From Patellaria atrata CBS 101060 (lineage: Eukaryota), in assembly GCA_010093705.1 (NCBI GenBank), contig MU006090.1, positions 434,001 through 498,000 on the forward strand: DNA of 64,000 bases, read 5' to 3'. Both the position numbers and the translations under genes were made by a program. The notes under the pieces were generated by a model that made no database searches, was not told the origin of the DNA, and saw nothing but the letters and a program-made list of their open reading frames with translations. Below, one piece after another: positions 11,000 through 24,453 of the stretch. The stretch's first letter is position 1, and the number at the start of each line of letters is the position of its first letter.

Positions 11000-13115
11000 A
11001 TGGCTCCACTCCTCAGTCTCATTTCTCAGGCCCTCGCACTCGCCGCACTAGTTCGGGGAGCGGCATCAACCAGCCTCTCAGACTCGTGGCGAGACGCGGA
11101 TGTAGGACAGAGCGGGTACGTCGGGGGCGGGCACGGCTTAGATCCCGCGGTGGTAGACAGCGCTCAATTCAAAGAGCTGTGGGCGAGTCATTTCGGGAAG
11201 ACTGAGAAGGTACAGTGCATCATAATGATCTCCCCCAATCTCACATATCGACTCGCTGCACACTTTGGCGCAGACCTCGAGCGTCTTAGTGTGAGATTGA
11301 AGTGTTTATGGATCTGACCTTCCTCAGCATTATGCTAAACCCCTAGTCTACACGCTCTCTGCGGGCCAACAAGTCCTCTTCTTAGCTTCGACGGCGAATA
11401 TAATCAGGACGATAGATGCAAAGACGGGGGAGCTGTTGAACTATCGGCAGGTTGCGGAGCCATTTCCGCTTGCTGAGGTCTATTGCACAGGCATTGCGGA
11501 GTGGGTGCACCAAACCACACTAGGGTGCATATACTGAGTTTGTACAGTACGCTGGGGATCATGGGAACCCCGGTAATCGATCCCGAGACCGACATTGCGT
11601 ACTTCTACGCGAAATCGTATATCCCGTGAGTAAGATCTCTCTCGCAAGGCTTATCGTGCGCTGATGCGAGTAGGAACTATCGGATTGAGGGGGAGACTGG
11701 GATCTTGAACGGGGTCTACTACTTCTATGCTGTTCATCTAGATACTTTGGACGATGTAGAGGGTTTCCCTATACTGGTCGACGGCGTACCAGCGGATAAC
11801 GATAAACGGAAATATTTCATCGGTGGCACAATTCTGAACCGGCCGTCGTTGACGCAGATCGGAGATGTCGTATATGCTGGATTTGGAAGTATTTGTGACC
11901 AGTTCAACTATAGTAAGTGACAGCAGGGACGACTTGGTAGAAGCTTGAAGCTGACAATGAAAGCCGGTACTGTGTTGGCGGTCAACGTTAAGGAAAAGAA
12001 GGTACGTCTGGACTCCCATGAACTAATATCTCCGGTAACAAGTAATTCACTAATTTGATGTTACTTAGCTTGTCAACAACTTCGTCACGCAAGCAGGTCT
12101 AGATTCAGCTTTCACGCTTGACTGGACGATGTTCCACGCGGGCGGTGGAGCAGGCATTTGGCAAAGTGGAATGGGTCTAAGTAGTGATGGTAAAAGCCTT
12201 TACTTCGTCGTAGTAAGTGCAAGATCATAATCACAGGATCAAGCTCCCCCGCTCCTGAGGTTATAATGGCTGAGTTCAATTATAGGATAATGGAGACTGG
12301 CCAGGCAACGTCACAGAGCAAACTGCTCCCGTAGCAGGTGGCACAGAGCTAGATGTATTGAGTGAAATGGCAGTCAGACTAGAGGTCGGAGAAGATGGTT
12401 TTCTCGAGGTCGTAGATCACTTCCAACCCTTCGATTTCCAGAACGATGAGGGGATGGATCTAGGTAGGTCATCCTATGAGTCTAACTCTGAGTTCATACT
12501 AATATAGGATAAGGTTCTGGAGGAATTTCTCTCCTAGATCCAGAGGTCTTCCACGGTGGAGATATCGAGCGAATGGCTCTCGTAGCGGGTAAGAGCGGGA
12601 AGATCTATGTTCTAGATGCCGACAACCTAGGAGGTTTCCGCCAAGGACCCAACGAGACTGACGGCGTTGTCCAAATCATCGACTCGGATGGCGAAGGTAG
12701 ACAGAATGGTGCTGTATATGGAGGTCTCGGCTCCTATCCTTTGGACGGGGGTTACGTCTACTCTGCCGGTGTCGGTCAGCCTATAAAAGCATACAAACTC
12801 ATCACCAGCGAGTACGGGACACCACATTTCGAAGTAGCTGGAAAGTCAGTTGAGGTCTCACAAGATACGCTTGGAAACGGTATTCCGACTGTAACGTCCT
12901 TTGGAGATGCGGAGGGATCTGGAATAGTTTGGTTAACCGCGCCTTTAGCTGGACTTCAAGCCTGGCATGCGATTCCAGACGAGGATGGAATGTTGAAGAC
13001 TATCAACCTTCCACGCATTGATGGGTCGATAAAGTTTTCACGACCGACTTTCGGAGACGGCAGGGTATACGTCTTCGATTCGAAGGGAGTCCTGCATTGT
13101 TTAGGTAGCAACTGA
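11000..13115 (+). CDS. Secreted quinoprotein/PQQ-like beta-propeller protein, like the N-terminal region of fungal WSC-domain proteins but without WSC domains; about 8 exons
   Basis: Signal peptide MAPLLSLISQALALAALVRG. Spliced sequence reads HYAKPLVYT..RTIDAKTG, GIMGTPVIDPETDIAYFYAKSYIPNYR, NGVYYFYAVHLDTL, YFIGGTILNRPSL, GGAGIWQSGMGLSSDG, DLGSGGISLLDP, AGKSGKIYVLDADNLGG, KFSRPTFGDGRVYV. First intron 11210-11327; further GT-AG introns follow. Confidence 0.82.
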
Positions 13116-16100
13116 TATCGAGCGAATCAAGATGTCTGTGAGACAGCTGTACATACCTAACTGTAACGACTATAATAAGCACAAGATCGTATCTCTAGTG
13201 AAAATTGTGATCTCTCAGATTTTATCTACTGTGGTTGTGGGTCTGTACACCGTCTGGGTATCACGAACCACCGCATCTCTACAGTCATCCCTAAACCTGC
13301 AGAAGAGTAGCATATACGTAAAAGCAAGATACCGACGTACGATGTTCGATACACATTACATTAGTCTTACGATCTCCAAGTAGCCATATCGAGCCAGGGA
13401 TGCATTCTGGTTTCCTGTATTTTGGTGTATGCTGTACCTACCCCAGTAGAGCAGTCCAAGCTTGTTCTATCAGCCACACAGTTCACAAATCCCCTTGTTC
13501 CATGTCCGTTGCCGTTTCGTGTAACAGTTCCCGTGACGTTGAGCGGACGGAAGAGACGGCAGACCGGTGCAGTGGGGTCTAGGCGGGGTCCCAGCGTCTG
13601 AAAATCACCAACAGACCCATGCTGAGAGAGCAAAAGTACCCAGAGTGATAAGAAGTCGGAAAGGTTAAGATGATTGTCAAAGTGGAAGCAGACAGAAAGG
13701 AGTACGAGTGACCTACTTACGTAATCGAAAGTCAGCATGATAATAGCAAATGTAAGACAAATAAAGGATTGAGAAGCGCTGAACAACAACCTTGACGAGG
13801 AATCATGTAATGGTGTCGTACTTCTAGGAAAGCATGACACATGAATGTAATGCAGCTTGATAATGATAGTTTTCGTAAATAGTAACTGTAAGGAGGTTGG
13901 ATCGTATGACATATGAAAGCTGAAGGTATGAAACTGAGTGATTACACCCCATTACTGTGAGATATGCGAGGGTTACTGAGAGAGATCTGGGATGTGTGTA
14001 TTCAAGTCGACATGCAAGGAACACGTCACTGGACGGCCCGTGTTTGGTTCTCTGGTCCGGGGGATGTCTTACATGTAAAGTCGTCGATCTGCTCAAGGTA
14101 TAGGTTCCCTGAGATCCGGTCATTGATGCAGGTAGGATCTTGTGTTTGGCGGGGTTGGTTTCAAGGCGTCATGCGCATAGTTCTTCTGATGTCCCTTCTC
14201 TTAGGTTAGCCGTAGAGAGTCCAATTAGTACGAAGGATATTCGAACATTCAGTATATGTCCCGTAGTAACAAGAAGTCGATTAGCGGAAGTAGGAGGATA
14301 TGTCTACCTCACTGAGTGAGATCTTCCATGACATGTACAGTGACACTACCTATCCCACAAAGCCTCTCACCGCTCTTTCTCAAAATCGTAAACTTCGTCG
14401 AACATGTTGTAGAATCCGACTTGATCACTATCCGTTAATGCCGTCTTTAGATTGCATACATAGCATGGATATGGCCTTGAACGCCGCTTGTAGATTGTTG
14501 AAATTGGTATCCTCTCTTCCACCGCCACACATAGAGGAGCAGCCCTATCGAGTTGCCGTGTCCGTGAAAGCGACTTGGAAATCACCTCCTCGTCTTACCA
14601 TAGAAGGAGCTCAAATTCTGCACCACATAAGCCATAGTAAAACGCCAAAGATTGGGTGCGGTAAACATTACAGCTCGATACCGGAAGAAGCCGTGGAGAC
14701 GTGGGTAGTGAATCGGAGAGGAGTAATCATGATAAGTATCCTCCACCTTGCTATCGGTCGTCGAACAGTTTGGATGATAAGAGAAGTGGCCATTAAGAAG
14801 AACTTATTTCTTTTTCCGATTGAAGCATGAAACATATTGTTCATCAGAGAGGGGTGGGGCCGAAGACGGAAGGCTGTGGTCGATGGTAAGGGTTGATGAT
14901 GACATGATTTGAAGGAGACTAAGAGAGCAGTAAGTGTGTGTGGGTGGAAAACGCGTCGAGATGATTATCTGATAGGTATCCTTGTTCGGAAGTGTTGGGC
15001 GTCTATTATGCAAGAGAGAGAGACTGAGACTGAGAGAGAGTGTGAGCCAGACAGGAGCTTTGATCTAAAATCTACGTCCGTACTCCGTAATTGATCTTCC
15101 ATGATCCTAGCGGCCATCGAAATAGCCAAGGGCGTTCCCGGCTTGCATGTGCCTTGCATTAGCGGTTTTAGCCAACTGACCTCACTTCAATTTCTTCAAT
15201 CTTTCTTTTCTTTTCTCAATTATTATGCCGTCTAGATGAGGGAACAGAAAAAGTAATGACGCCGTAAGGTATGCATCCACATTTATACCGTGTGGTTGTT
15301 GAAGGAAAATATATATGGAAGTTGCTTTTTGTTTCAGGGATGAGGACTTCGGTTCGGCCCGACCGATCTAAGCCGAAGACGTAGGGGTTTGGTTCTTACT
15401 CGAAGATGACGCAGATGCCGTGGGGCTAGTAGGACTGCTTATAGACGTTATTGCAGTTGATTCTCGACAATCACCTAGAACGAATATAAGTATTAGATCA
15501 GAGTTGCAAGCCGTTGTGAATCGGGGGGACTCACCACATAACTCGTCAAGCCTGTACTCTCTTTATCCCAAAACTCAGCTATCTAGAGGTGCAATAAATC
15601 GGGCAGAGAGACCTACATCGCAACGACATTTGCAGGACATCTCTTGTGAGTCTCCTGGTATTTGACACACCATGCTCGTACCGTGTATCTTAGATGGGAA
15701 CAGCGGTAGACAACTTTCGTGTAATCGCACATCGTTCAGAGAGGTACGATTGGATTGAATGACGCAAACTGCTTAAAGTGATGTTCAGGTATAAAGGAAT
15801 CAAGAGTAAGGTAGTGGAAATTGATTGTCAATACAGGGACAAAGACGAAAGCGATCTACAGTGTCTGTATCAGAGACGCTGGTGCTCGAGGCCTCTCCAT
15901 AAGTACTTCCACACCTCCAGGGATATACCTCCCAAACTCGGTGTTTAACCCTCACTACAGCGAGTTGGCGGACGGAACGGATCGTCCTGCTCTAGACCAT
16001 ATAACGCATCAGCGGAAGCTCCTGCCAAATCCATTGCTGGATCGATGCCAGGAAGAAACAAAAGGGAACACAACAAGCTTATGCCGTGTATCGCTTTGGC

Positions 16101-19100
16101 CGTTTCGGTCACCAATGGTTGATATGAGTAAGGGTGCATGATATCAGAAAAGGAAAGGAAGAGGAAGGGGAAGTTTGACCTTGATGCGCGCGGATCTTCC
16201 TCCTAGGATCGCTCCCGTGCACAGGTCAAGTAACGGTATGGACCGGTATAAGGAAATTACTAGTTTTGTACGTCAGGTGTGACACGTTTTTTAAGTGGAA
16301 GAAATGGTTGACCGGAACGTTCAACTGTTGGACGGATAATATCCTAATATTAATTGGACGTTTGTAATATTGCCCCAAATGCTGGCAAAAAAACCTCTAC
16401 AGCCCACGGAAACGTCGGTTGAAGAACATCCTTCTGGCTCCTCGTAAGTCGCTAAATCGCTGAGCCCACATGTTTCACGAGCCGCATGACGACAGGTTAT
16501 GCCATTAGTCCCGTGCATGATTTGCTGAACGAAGTGGCCTGCCGTTTCGACAAGCTATCGCGTGGTCTCCTGACTCTGGCAGCAGACCAAGGCAGATTCG
16601 TTTTCCTTGATTTTTCCTGTGGAGGAACATCTGTGAACATAGGGTGAGAATCTCAACTCATCGGATCCCACGCGCACCCCACATCTCACCCATCAAGCAT
16701 TATCGAGCAAAATCCACAGTGGAGGCGACCGTGATGAAACACTAAGGTGAAAGCTCAGAGGCCAAGGTGTAGAAAGGAATTTCCAGCCGCGTTCTGGCGT
16801 CAGCCTGGCAACTCCCACTGCTTGGGACCGGGACGGTTTCACCAATGATAAGGAACGGTCCGGTACCGAAGGATGATTAGGGCTTGTTTTTGGGTCGTTT
16901 CCGATATCCCGTACCATGATACTACCTCAACGATAGCCTATATTTTAAGAACATGTTTTTTATATTAGGCCGTCTATGTACGGGATGCCCGTTGTTGCGT
17001 GGTAGCAAGGAAGAACCGTAGAGCTAGAATGGAACTACGCGAGGAGCTTGGAAGCTTTGGCGTTCGCTCGGTTCAAGAAATACAATCTGCATCCCACCAG
17101 GGCGACCACCCATAATTCTAATTTCCACATGGCTGTTAGATATCGCTCTTTCAAAGCTCAGCATGCTGAGAGCTGGAGACCTTTTTGTTAAAATCTCTCT
17201 GCAAAGATTGGGGATGTTATATCTGCCTGATACTCATTTCCCGCTGGAGCTGCGAATGTTCGATAAGGCGACGGGGTTTTCACGTCATCTTCTCAGGCCT
17301 CAGGTACAGCACGACCTCATCATCGGGCCGCCATCGTCAAGCTGAGGAGAGAAAAGCGGAGGCGGTCAGACTGGGTCTTCTTCCTTTTCCAACCATAGAC
17401 CCGCTGTGGCCGATCGTTCACCCGCTCTCTTCGCCCCAAGCGCCGGACCATCACCCTTTTGGAGAAGCTGGAGCGATACCTGCTGTATTGACCAATATTA
17501 TTTGACCAGTTTCTGTCATGCTGTAAGTGGTGATGAAAGAGCACTGTATGTTGAGCTCCTGAGCTGTCTGTCATTATGTCAATTGAACAATAGATGAGAG
17601 CTAACTGAGAAATAGACGCAATATTACCTACACCGTACTATGAGATCATCAAGATCTTACAGTTTTCTTAGTTGCAGACTTTGCAAGAACGGAGAAACCC
17701 ATGTAGGTCTGTACTGTAACTATCATTCCCCAGAAAACGTTTGGCAGTACTGACCCCCAATCACCAAAGCGGGGGCTTATTGTGTCTCGGTGGCTTGGGC
17801 CATCGACTCAAGATATGGTGTGTGAAATCTTTATGAGCATTCTGAAGTAAGGTTTGCAGGTGCCACACTGCCCTTCCATCGTTTACGATAATAACTTGTA
17901 CAGTAAGATGAGTGAAGAAAGAGCGTCCCCTTTATCTCATCGTTGCATATGTTGGATCCCAGCCCAATTTTTTAGAGCAGCCTGAAACCATGTTGCGACC
18001 CTGTCGCCCAACCTAGTACTTATATTGAGGTTTTGAGACATCATGGGTAGGAAGCGAATCGTCTAATGATGGTACTGGCATCGTCTTAGAGGATTCGTCG
18101 CAAGACTTCCCTAACATGACTTTTTCAGGGCATCTGATAAGGGAGAAGGTCGTGCCGTTTCTGACTCCGGAAACTCTTCCAGTGGTTGAATGTTGGCGGC
18201 GCTCCCAGGAGACTGGTTCAATGAAGTTTTCGAACAGCCTATATGTACTCTCAGGTAATACAGCTCAATAAGATGTCGCGAGTCGTTCGCCATTTTGCCC
18301 GAGCCTCGAGACAAATAAAATTGTTTGCAGATTCTGATCTTTATCGTCGATGATCGTTGTAAGGTAAGATGAAGTAGCCGAGAGACCAATGGGATTTGTC
18401 CCTCTGATTATCAGTATAAGCTTATTAGTCTGTTCTAATGTCTCTGCCTTATTATGACGGCAGACATAACGCACGAAAGCCCTATTACCAAAATAAACAG
18501 ATTGTGATTGGTCAGTTTTGCTTTAATCTGTGATGGAAAGGAGGCTTGATCCCAGTGTGAAAGGATCATATGCGATGAAAAGGGGAAAAGAATTGCAATT
18601 GACAAATCATCTGCTGACTACTCGCGACATTTTTAAAATAAAAGATAGTATGCCATCTCGAAACGCGTGTTCTGATATTGTTTACTTGTTACTATGTTCC
18701 GCGGCGTAGTGTTTAAACAGCACAGACAAGGTACTTCTTGAACATCATCCGTGATCTCACCGGTATTTGAATGGTATAAACTGAGATCCAATGGAAAGGG
18801 GTCTGAGATGATTGATCAGCATCGACATTGTTGAATCCTCAAACCGAACGAATCCCCTTGATGGTGCTAGAAAGGAACTGAAAGAAATGAAGCATGCTCT
18901 CAACGGTACAACAAGAGATGAAGCAGAAGGAGGATGGAGGATTCCCAGATACTACGTTGAACAGACAGGACTATAGTGAGACGTGACCCAGCACTATGCA
19001 TCCAGCTCGGAGCATGAGCTGTCGGAGAACAGAACAGTCATGCCAGACCTTCACCTGCCACATCATTGCAGCAGAAGTTGAAGTTTAGAACTGTTTGTAA

Positions 19101-19124
19101 TAAGAGATCTCACGATCTGGGAGG

Positions 19125-20857
19125 TCACGAATCGTCACCGTTAATATCATCCGTATCTAGCCAGCCTCGACACATTTGAACGGCTCGACCCCATTTCTTA
19201 AACATCTTGTCGCCCTCTGCTTTCAAAACGTTCGGTTCAAATACTGTACGACCTTTCTGGTTAATCTCTTTCAGTTCATCGAATTCTTTCCAGATGTTCA
19301 TAGCAAAGCCAGCGGCTATTGCTGCTCCTAAAGCGGTCGTTTCTCGCATAGCAGGCCTGTCGACGGGGATGCCGATAATATTTGCTTGGGTCTATACGTG
19401 GTGGCAATGTCAACCAAAATTCTCACCGAGAAACTCGAAAAAAAGCAGGTTCCATTGAAAGCCGACTTACCTGCATACATAGATCAGAGTTAGTCATACC
19501 GCCGTCCACAGCAAGGGATTCGAGTTTGTGGCCACTGTCTGCTTCCATCGCATCTAAGATTGCTCTGGTTTGATAACAGGTTGCCTCCAGAGTTGCCCTC
19601 GCGATGTGGCCCCGCTCAGTGAATTGAGTAATTCCAAATATTGTACCTTCCGCGTCGTCAATCCAATAGGGAGCGAATAAGCCACTAAATGCAGTGACGA
19701 AATAGCACCCTCCATTATCATTAACCGTGCCTGCAAGTTCGCTGATCTGGTGAGATTCAGAAGCGAAGCCTAAGTTGTTAGTCAAAAACTTAACGCCGCT
19801 GCCTGCTACGGCAATGCTACCCTCGAGGGCATATACGGGTTTTCGTTGACCACCAAAGTCATATGCGACTGTAGCGAGCAAGCCATGAGTGGATACTACA
19901 GGTTTCTCTCCCACATTGTACAGTAGAAAGCATCCGGTTCCGTAGGTATTCTTTGCGCTACCAGGTGTGAAACCTTGCTGACCGACCAAAGCAGCGGATT
20001 GATCTCCTAAACAACCTGCAATTCTTACGCCTTTCAGTATACCCGATGCGATTTCTCCATACGCGTTAGAGGATGATCCAGGAACAATTTTGGGAAGACG
20101 GATTTTGTTCTTATCGATTTCGAAAAAGTCGAGTAATGTGTCATCGTACTGGAGTTTATCGAGGTTCATGAACATCGTTCGTGACGCGTTTGTGGAATCT
20201 GTCACATATAAATCTTTTGCTTTTCCACCATTTAGATGGTATAGTAACCAAGTATCGACGGTCCCAAATGCCAAACGGCCTTCCTCGTAAGCCTTCTTAA
20301 CGGAATCGACGTGTCGAAGCAACCACATAAGCTTGACAGATGAAGGGTACGTGGATAATGGTAGGCCGCATAGCTTTTGTAACTGATCAGCTCCTTTTCT
20401 TTCCTTGAGCTCTCTTACTAGTTTATGTGTTCGAGTGTCTGGCCACGCGATGGCATTATGAAGTGGCTCGCCAGTTTCTGTGTCCCACACAACTGTTGTT
20501 TCCCGTTGGGTTGTAAGTCCGATTGTCTTGAGATCTGACAACTCGTGGCCCTGATCCAGATATTCCTTGGTAGCTTTCTCAATACATTCAGTAACGGAAC
20601 TGACGAGCTCGTTTGCATCATGCTCGTGCCACCTACATATTGACTGTCAGTTAGGGGAAAATACCTCGTGATGGAGGGGACATTCACCCTGATTTAGGAT
20701 ATTTCTGATCGAACTCGATTTGGTGTTGGGCTATGATGCTTCCAATGCCGTCAAAAATGAGAAAACGCGAGCTTGTTGTACCGCAATCAACAGCTCCAAT
20801 GAAAAACTTCTTGAGTTTCTTCTCATCTAGATGAACCTGGGATCCTTCGTCCGCCAT
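19125..20857 (-). CDS. GUT1: Glycerol kinase (FGGY family); exons 20857-20688, 20632-19471, 19391-19125
   Basis: Motifs [80 protein letters not shown] introns 20633-20687 and 19392-19470. Confidence 0.95.
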
Positions 20858-21723
20858 CGGTACCTGTCTTCGCTGAAGGAAGTATTGTTTAAGCGTCTAT
20901 TATATTCAGTGAGATAGCTTATATTCGTGAAAACCATCCGCTCTCTAGTACACGGATGAGGATGGTACTGTACTCAGGTGTGACGATAGACTGCAGATGG
21001 ATGAAGACCGAGCGCTATACGGACAGGTGCTTCAGCTACGACTTAGAATCTCGTGAGATTATATGTGCAACTGAGGAATGATTTCTTACTTAGGTTGACC
21101 TCTTTGCAAGTTCAGTTCGCATATCGTTTGAATGCTATGGTGGGGTGTAGCTGGGCAGCGGGGATGCAGGCCATTTGTCGTCATTGTACCTTTCCTAACA
21201 GTAACAATGGGGAACCGTGTGGCTGTCTGGAGAAGTTGGTGCTGATCACCGTGGAACCAAAAGTGCTTCTGTCGTTCGTTCGTTTGCATGCGGAAATTCT
21301 TCCGTGCCGTGAATTTAGTAAATATTGTAGGACAGGAATAGGAATCCCAGAAGAATGACGATCGATCCTCGGGGCATATGCTCAAAAAAAAAAAGTTAAA
21401 GATTCAATGCTGATGCTTCTTTCATCACGCCGATAATGTTGACATAGAAGTAGGACTTCTATAGACCATTGTTACACTATTCGTAGAGCATTGAGTGAAA
21501 GGTTGTTTTATGAACATCAGAGTAAGATTCCTATTGAATAGTGACGATGCAACAATGTAAAGTAAGCCCTGCTCTCCGGAAATAAGTTGTAAAAAGGGAC
21601 AAAGTCTTCCCGAAACAGACATTGATATCTCACAGTAGCCTAAAACGATCAGCGACAACTCTCGAGATGTAGTAGGATTCGCATATTTCTCCTAAAAATT
21701 ACTTCCACCATCATGGATGACCC

Positions 21724-23086
21724 TCACTCCTTTCCGTCACCATCGTCACCTTTCTTCTCATCCTTTCCATCACCATCCTCACTTTCATCCTCTTCCTTCT
21801 TATCCTCATCATCGCTCTTATCCTTTTCCTTCTCACCCCCATCAGCGCTTTCGTGCTCCTCCTTTCCATCGCTATCCTCACTGTCCTTCTCCTCCTTTCC
21901 TTCGTCTTCATCTTGAACTTCTTCCTCATCGGCTCCAGTGGCCCCTTTGGCGCGCGACTCTAGTTGTCTCTTGGCATCAATCGCCTCCTCCGCTTCTCCA
22001 AGTTCCTCCGTTGCAATATCCCCCTTGAACCGCACAGCTCTTTCGTTCATATTTGGTACAGTTTTGTTATCATAGGAAATTTCACCCCTTCCAATCAAGC
22101 TGAGAATGATACTGGCCCCAACGATAAGAGTGAGTACGAAACGGTAAGTTCCATACCAACCTGGGGTCCAACCGCGTACAGTTGCTCGAGTGTCTGCGTA
22201 ATAAAGAAAATTAAACGCAAAGAACTGGGCGATAAGCGCTGTCGTGGCGGGAAGAAGTAGAGTCGGCCACGCAACAGCTGGTGCTACCACTCCTATCATG
22301 AACCTCTTGTAACCATGGGTGCCTCCGTAACTAGCAAACTCCAATCCCCAGTGTATTGCTCCTAGAAAAGATAGGATCTACCACATTTTAGCTTGTATAC
22401 TCTTTTGATCCAATGTGCTCCACTAACCACAGCCCCATAGCCTATCTGGAGTGGTTCGAGGATGCTGAGTAGGTATTCCGCGGTTTCCTGCGTCATGAAG
22501 TAACCAGTCCCATGGGTAACGTTGGAATTTATCTCAGTCGCAAGGTAAACAGTAGATAAGGACGTGCCTAGATATGGTAGGACGCCGGCTAAGCCGATAT
22601 AAAACGTCTCTCGTGGCACATCCTTCAAGCTAAACGTGTCTTTGACAGTTTCCTAGGTCAACAATCAATTAGACTCGCGGGGAAGCTTCAAAATGAATGA
22701 CAATTTGATCTTACGATCTCTCCCCTGATGCCCTTCATGGTATTCGTGTCATTCTTCGAATTTGGCTCGGCCACTTCGCCAAAGACAGGATGGGTGCTGG
22801 ATGTACTTGACACTAGCTCCGGATGCGGTTCTAGAGGCTTTTTACTCAATTCCTTTTCTTCTTTTATATTTGGTTTATCCCAAGTCTGTGCTTGCCGTCG
22901 AAGAATGGTTGTGATAGGCTTTCTAGTAGCAAATGTGATTTGCTGCGGACGTCTAGAGCTCCATGTGCAGAGCTGTGACGCTCGTTGCGCTCCTGATAGA
23001 GGGGCTATGAAGGCATGTCGTGATGCTTGAGATGGTCTATTGTTTAAGGATCGGAGTAACGCTCGGGATGCTTCAGAGCGAAACAT
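21724..23086 (-). CDS. DUF3429-family mitochondrial inner-membrane protein with acidic low-complexity tail; exons 23086-22715, 22652-22428, 22377-21724
   Basis: Arg/Ser-rich mitochondrial-type presequence; GLAGVLPY, IGYGAVILSFLGAIHWGLEF, GWTPGWYGTYRFVLT. Introns 22653-22714 and 22378-22427. Confidence 0.85.
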
Positions 23087-24156
23087 GGTCGCAGGGTTGA
23101 GCGTGTATAGTTCGAAGCTATGAGGGTATCAAGATCCAACGAATGCCAGGCGCCCAATTGGAACGACAGTCACTACCAGTAGGAGTTACCGTCGCTACGT
23201 AGCTTCAATCGCAGGCGAGGAGTGATAGTATGTACAAAGAGATGTTGGTTTGCAAGCTTGTGGTCGAGTTTTGAGGTTCGGAAGCTGGCGTCCACGGCAT
23301 GCTTGATCTGGGAGGCAGTGGGAGCTCCTCAGGGGTGCACAGACCATGAATACAATGTTTGTACGTCACAGCCCGGTTATACAATGCGCTTATCGGGCCG
23401 GAATGGAGAACCTGGGCGGACATGCGGAGTGACCAAGCAAACAAACAGTGCAAACATTACATAAAGTCATAATGGAACTGTACTGAGGTGTACCTACACG
23501 TGCTACAGTACCTTAACAGACTCCTCGGCTCTTACCTTCTTGTGAGGTAGATTAAAAGATTACACAGCATGAATTTAATGAACATTAATGTCGACAGCGA
23601 TATCAGGGATAGAAAAGAGAAAGGTACTGATAGCAAAAGAAGACCTGAGCTGAGGCATGTGTTATTGACTCATCACTACTTTACCGGACCTTATGAGATA
23701 GGCAGACACGGCTTGTGGAAGGGTGCGTCAAACTGCATGGAATATCAAAAATTACAGACCTGTGCTCCCTAAGCACCTATCAAAGATGGCATATGCTAGG
23801 GAGTATCTTTTGAACTTCCTACACTTTCTCTGAATTCTATGAAAATAACTCGAAACGTACAAAGTATAGAGGAAGAGATGTCGCTTTGGTGGAATGGAAG
23901 AGTTGAAACGGAAGCGCGGGGCTGGAGCTGTGGCTGGAGCATTGACCAAACCTAATTCGGTTGTGGAAGCACGGATACCACGTCTTCTAAGCGGGGCAAA
24001 ACATCTCACAACTTCCATAGAAGAAATGGTGAGAATATCGAGAAATGCAACGAATGAACTGGATTCTACATCGTAAAATGGTTTCTCAAAGGCGGAAGTA
24101 TGCAGTGTATTCCTGAAAGTACTAGTAAAAGTTTGCCCGAAAATTTTAACGGTTTG

Positions 24157-24214
24157 GGAAGGTCCTGGAAGCCTGTGGTTGCTGAGAGGTCAACCTAATG
24201 GAAACTTCTCGAAG
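24157..24214 (+). promoter_or_regulatory. Heat-shock elements upstream of Hsp70
   Basis: Perfect three-unit nGAAnnTTCnnGAAn (gGAAacTTCtcGAAg, 24200-24214) and an imperfect one (gGAAggTCCtgGAAg, 24157-24171), 240-300 nt upstream of the ATG. TATA-like CATAAA at 24271. Confidence 0.8.
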
Positions 24215-24453
24215 AATCTAAACAGTGATTCATTTTTTTGCACACACAGCACGGCCCCACGTAGAAAGCTCATAAAGTCCGTCCGCTGCCTCTCTCTCTG
24301 CTTTCCTCCTACATCTGAAAATTCTTTGGTAAACAGTAATCCAACACTACTGTAACGATCTAACGACCTTTTCCTTTCCTACCTACCGAAAGTTCTTCTA
24401 ATTTCCCACCTCATACTACCAACCTACCCACCGAACACACAACCACAACAAAC

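Noticed and set aside
13400..19000. Long gap as possible telomerase RNA, snRNA, tRNA or riboswitch locus
   Set aside because: By eye I found no full TAACCCTAA template, snRNA signature, tRNA cloverleaf or TPP aptamer; an Infernal/Rfam scan would be needed to exclude them.
20780..20800. DCGTT instead of DQGTT in glycerol kinase
   Set aside because: The Asp and GTT residues are retained, and as I recall this variant occurs in other filamentous-fungal glycerol kinases.
21086..21385. Upstream ORF as an N-terminal exon of glycerol kinase
   Set aside because: The GTAAGA donor at its end does not join in frame to ATG 20857 with any nearby AG I tested; at most a UTR intron or uORF.
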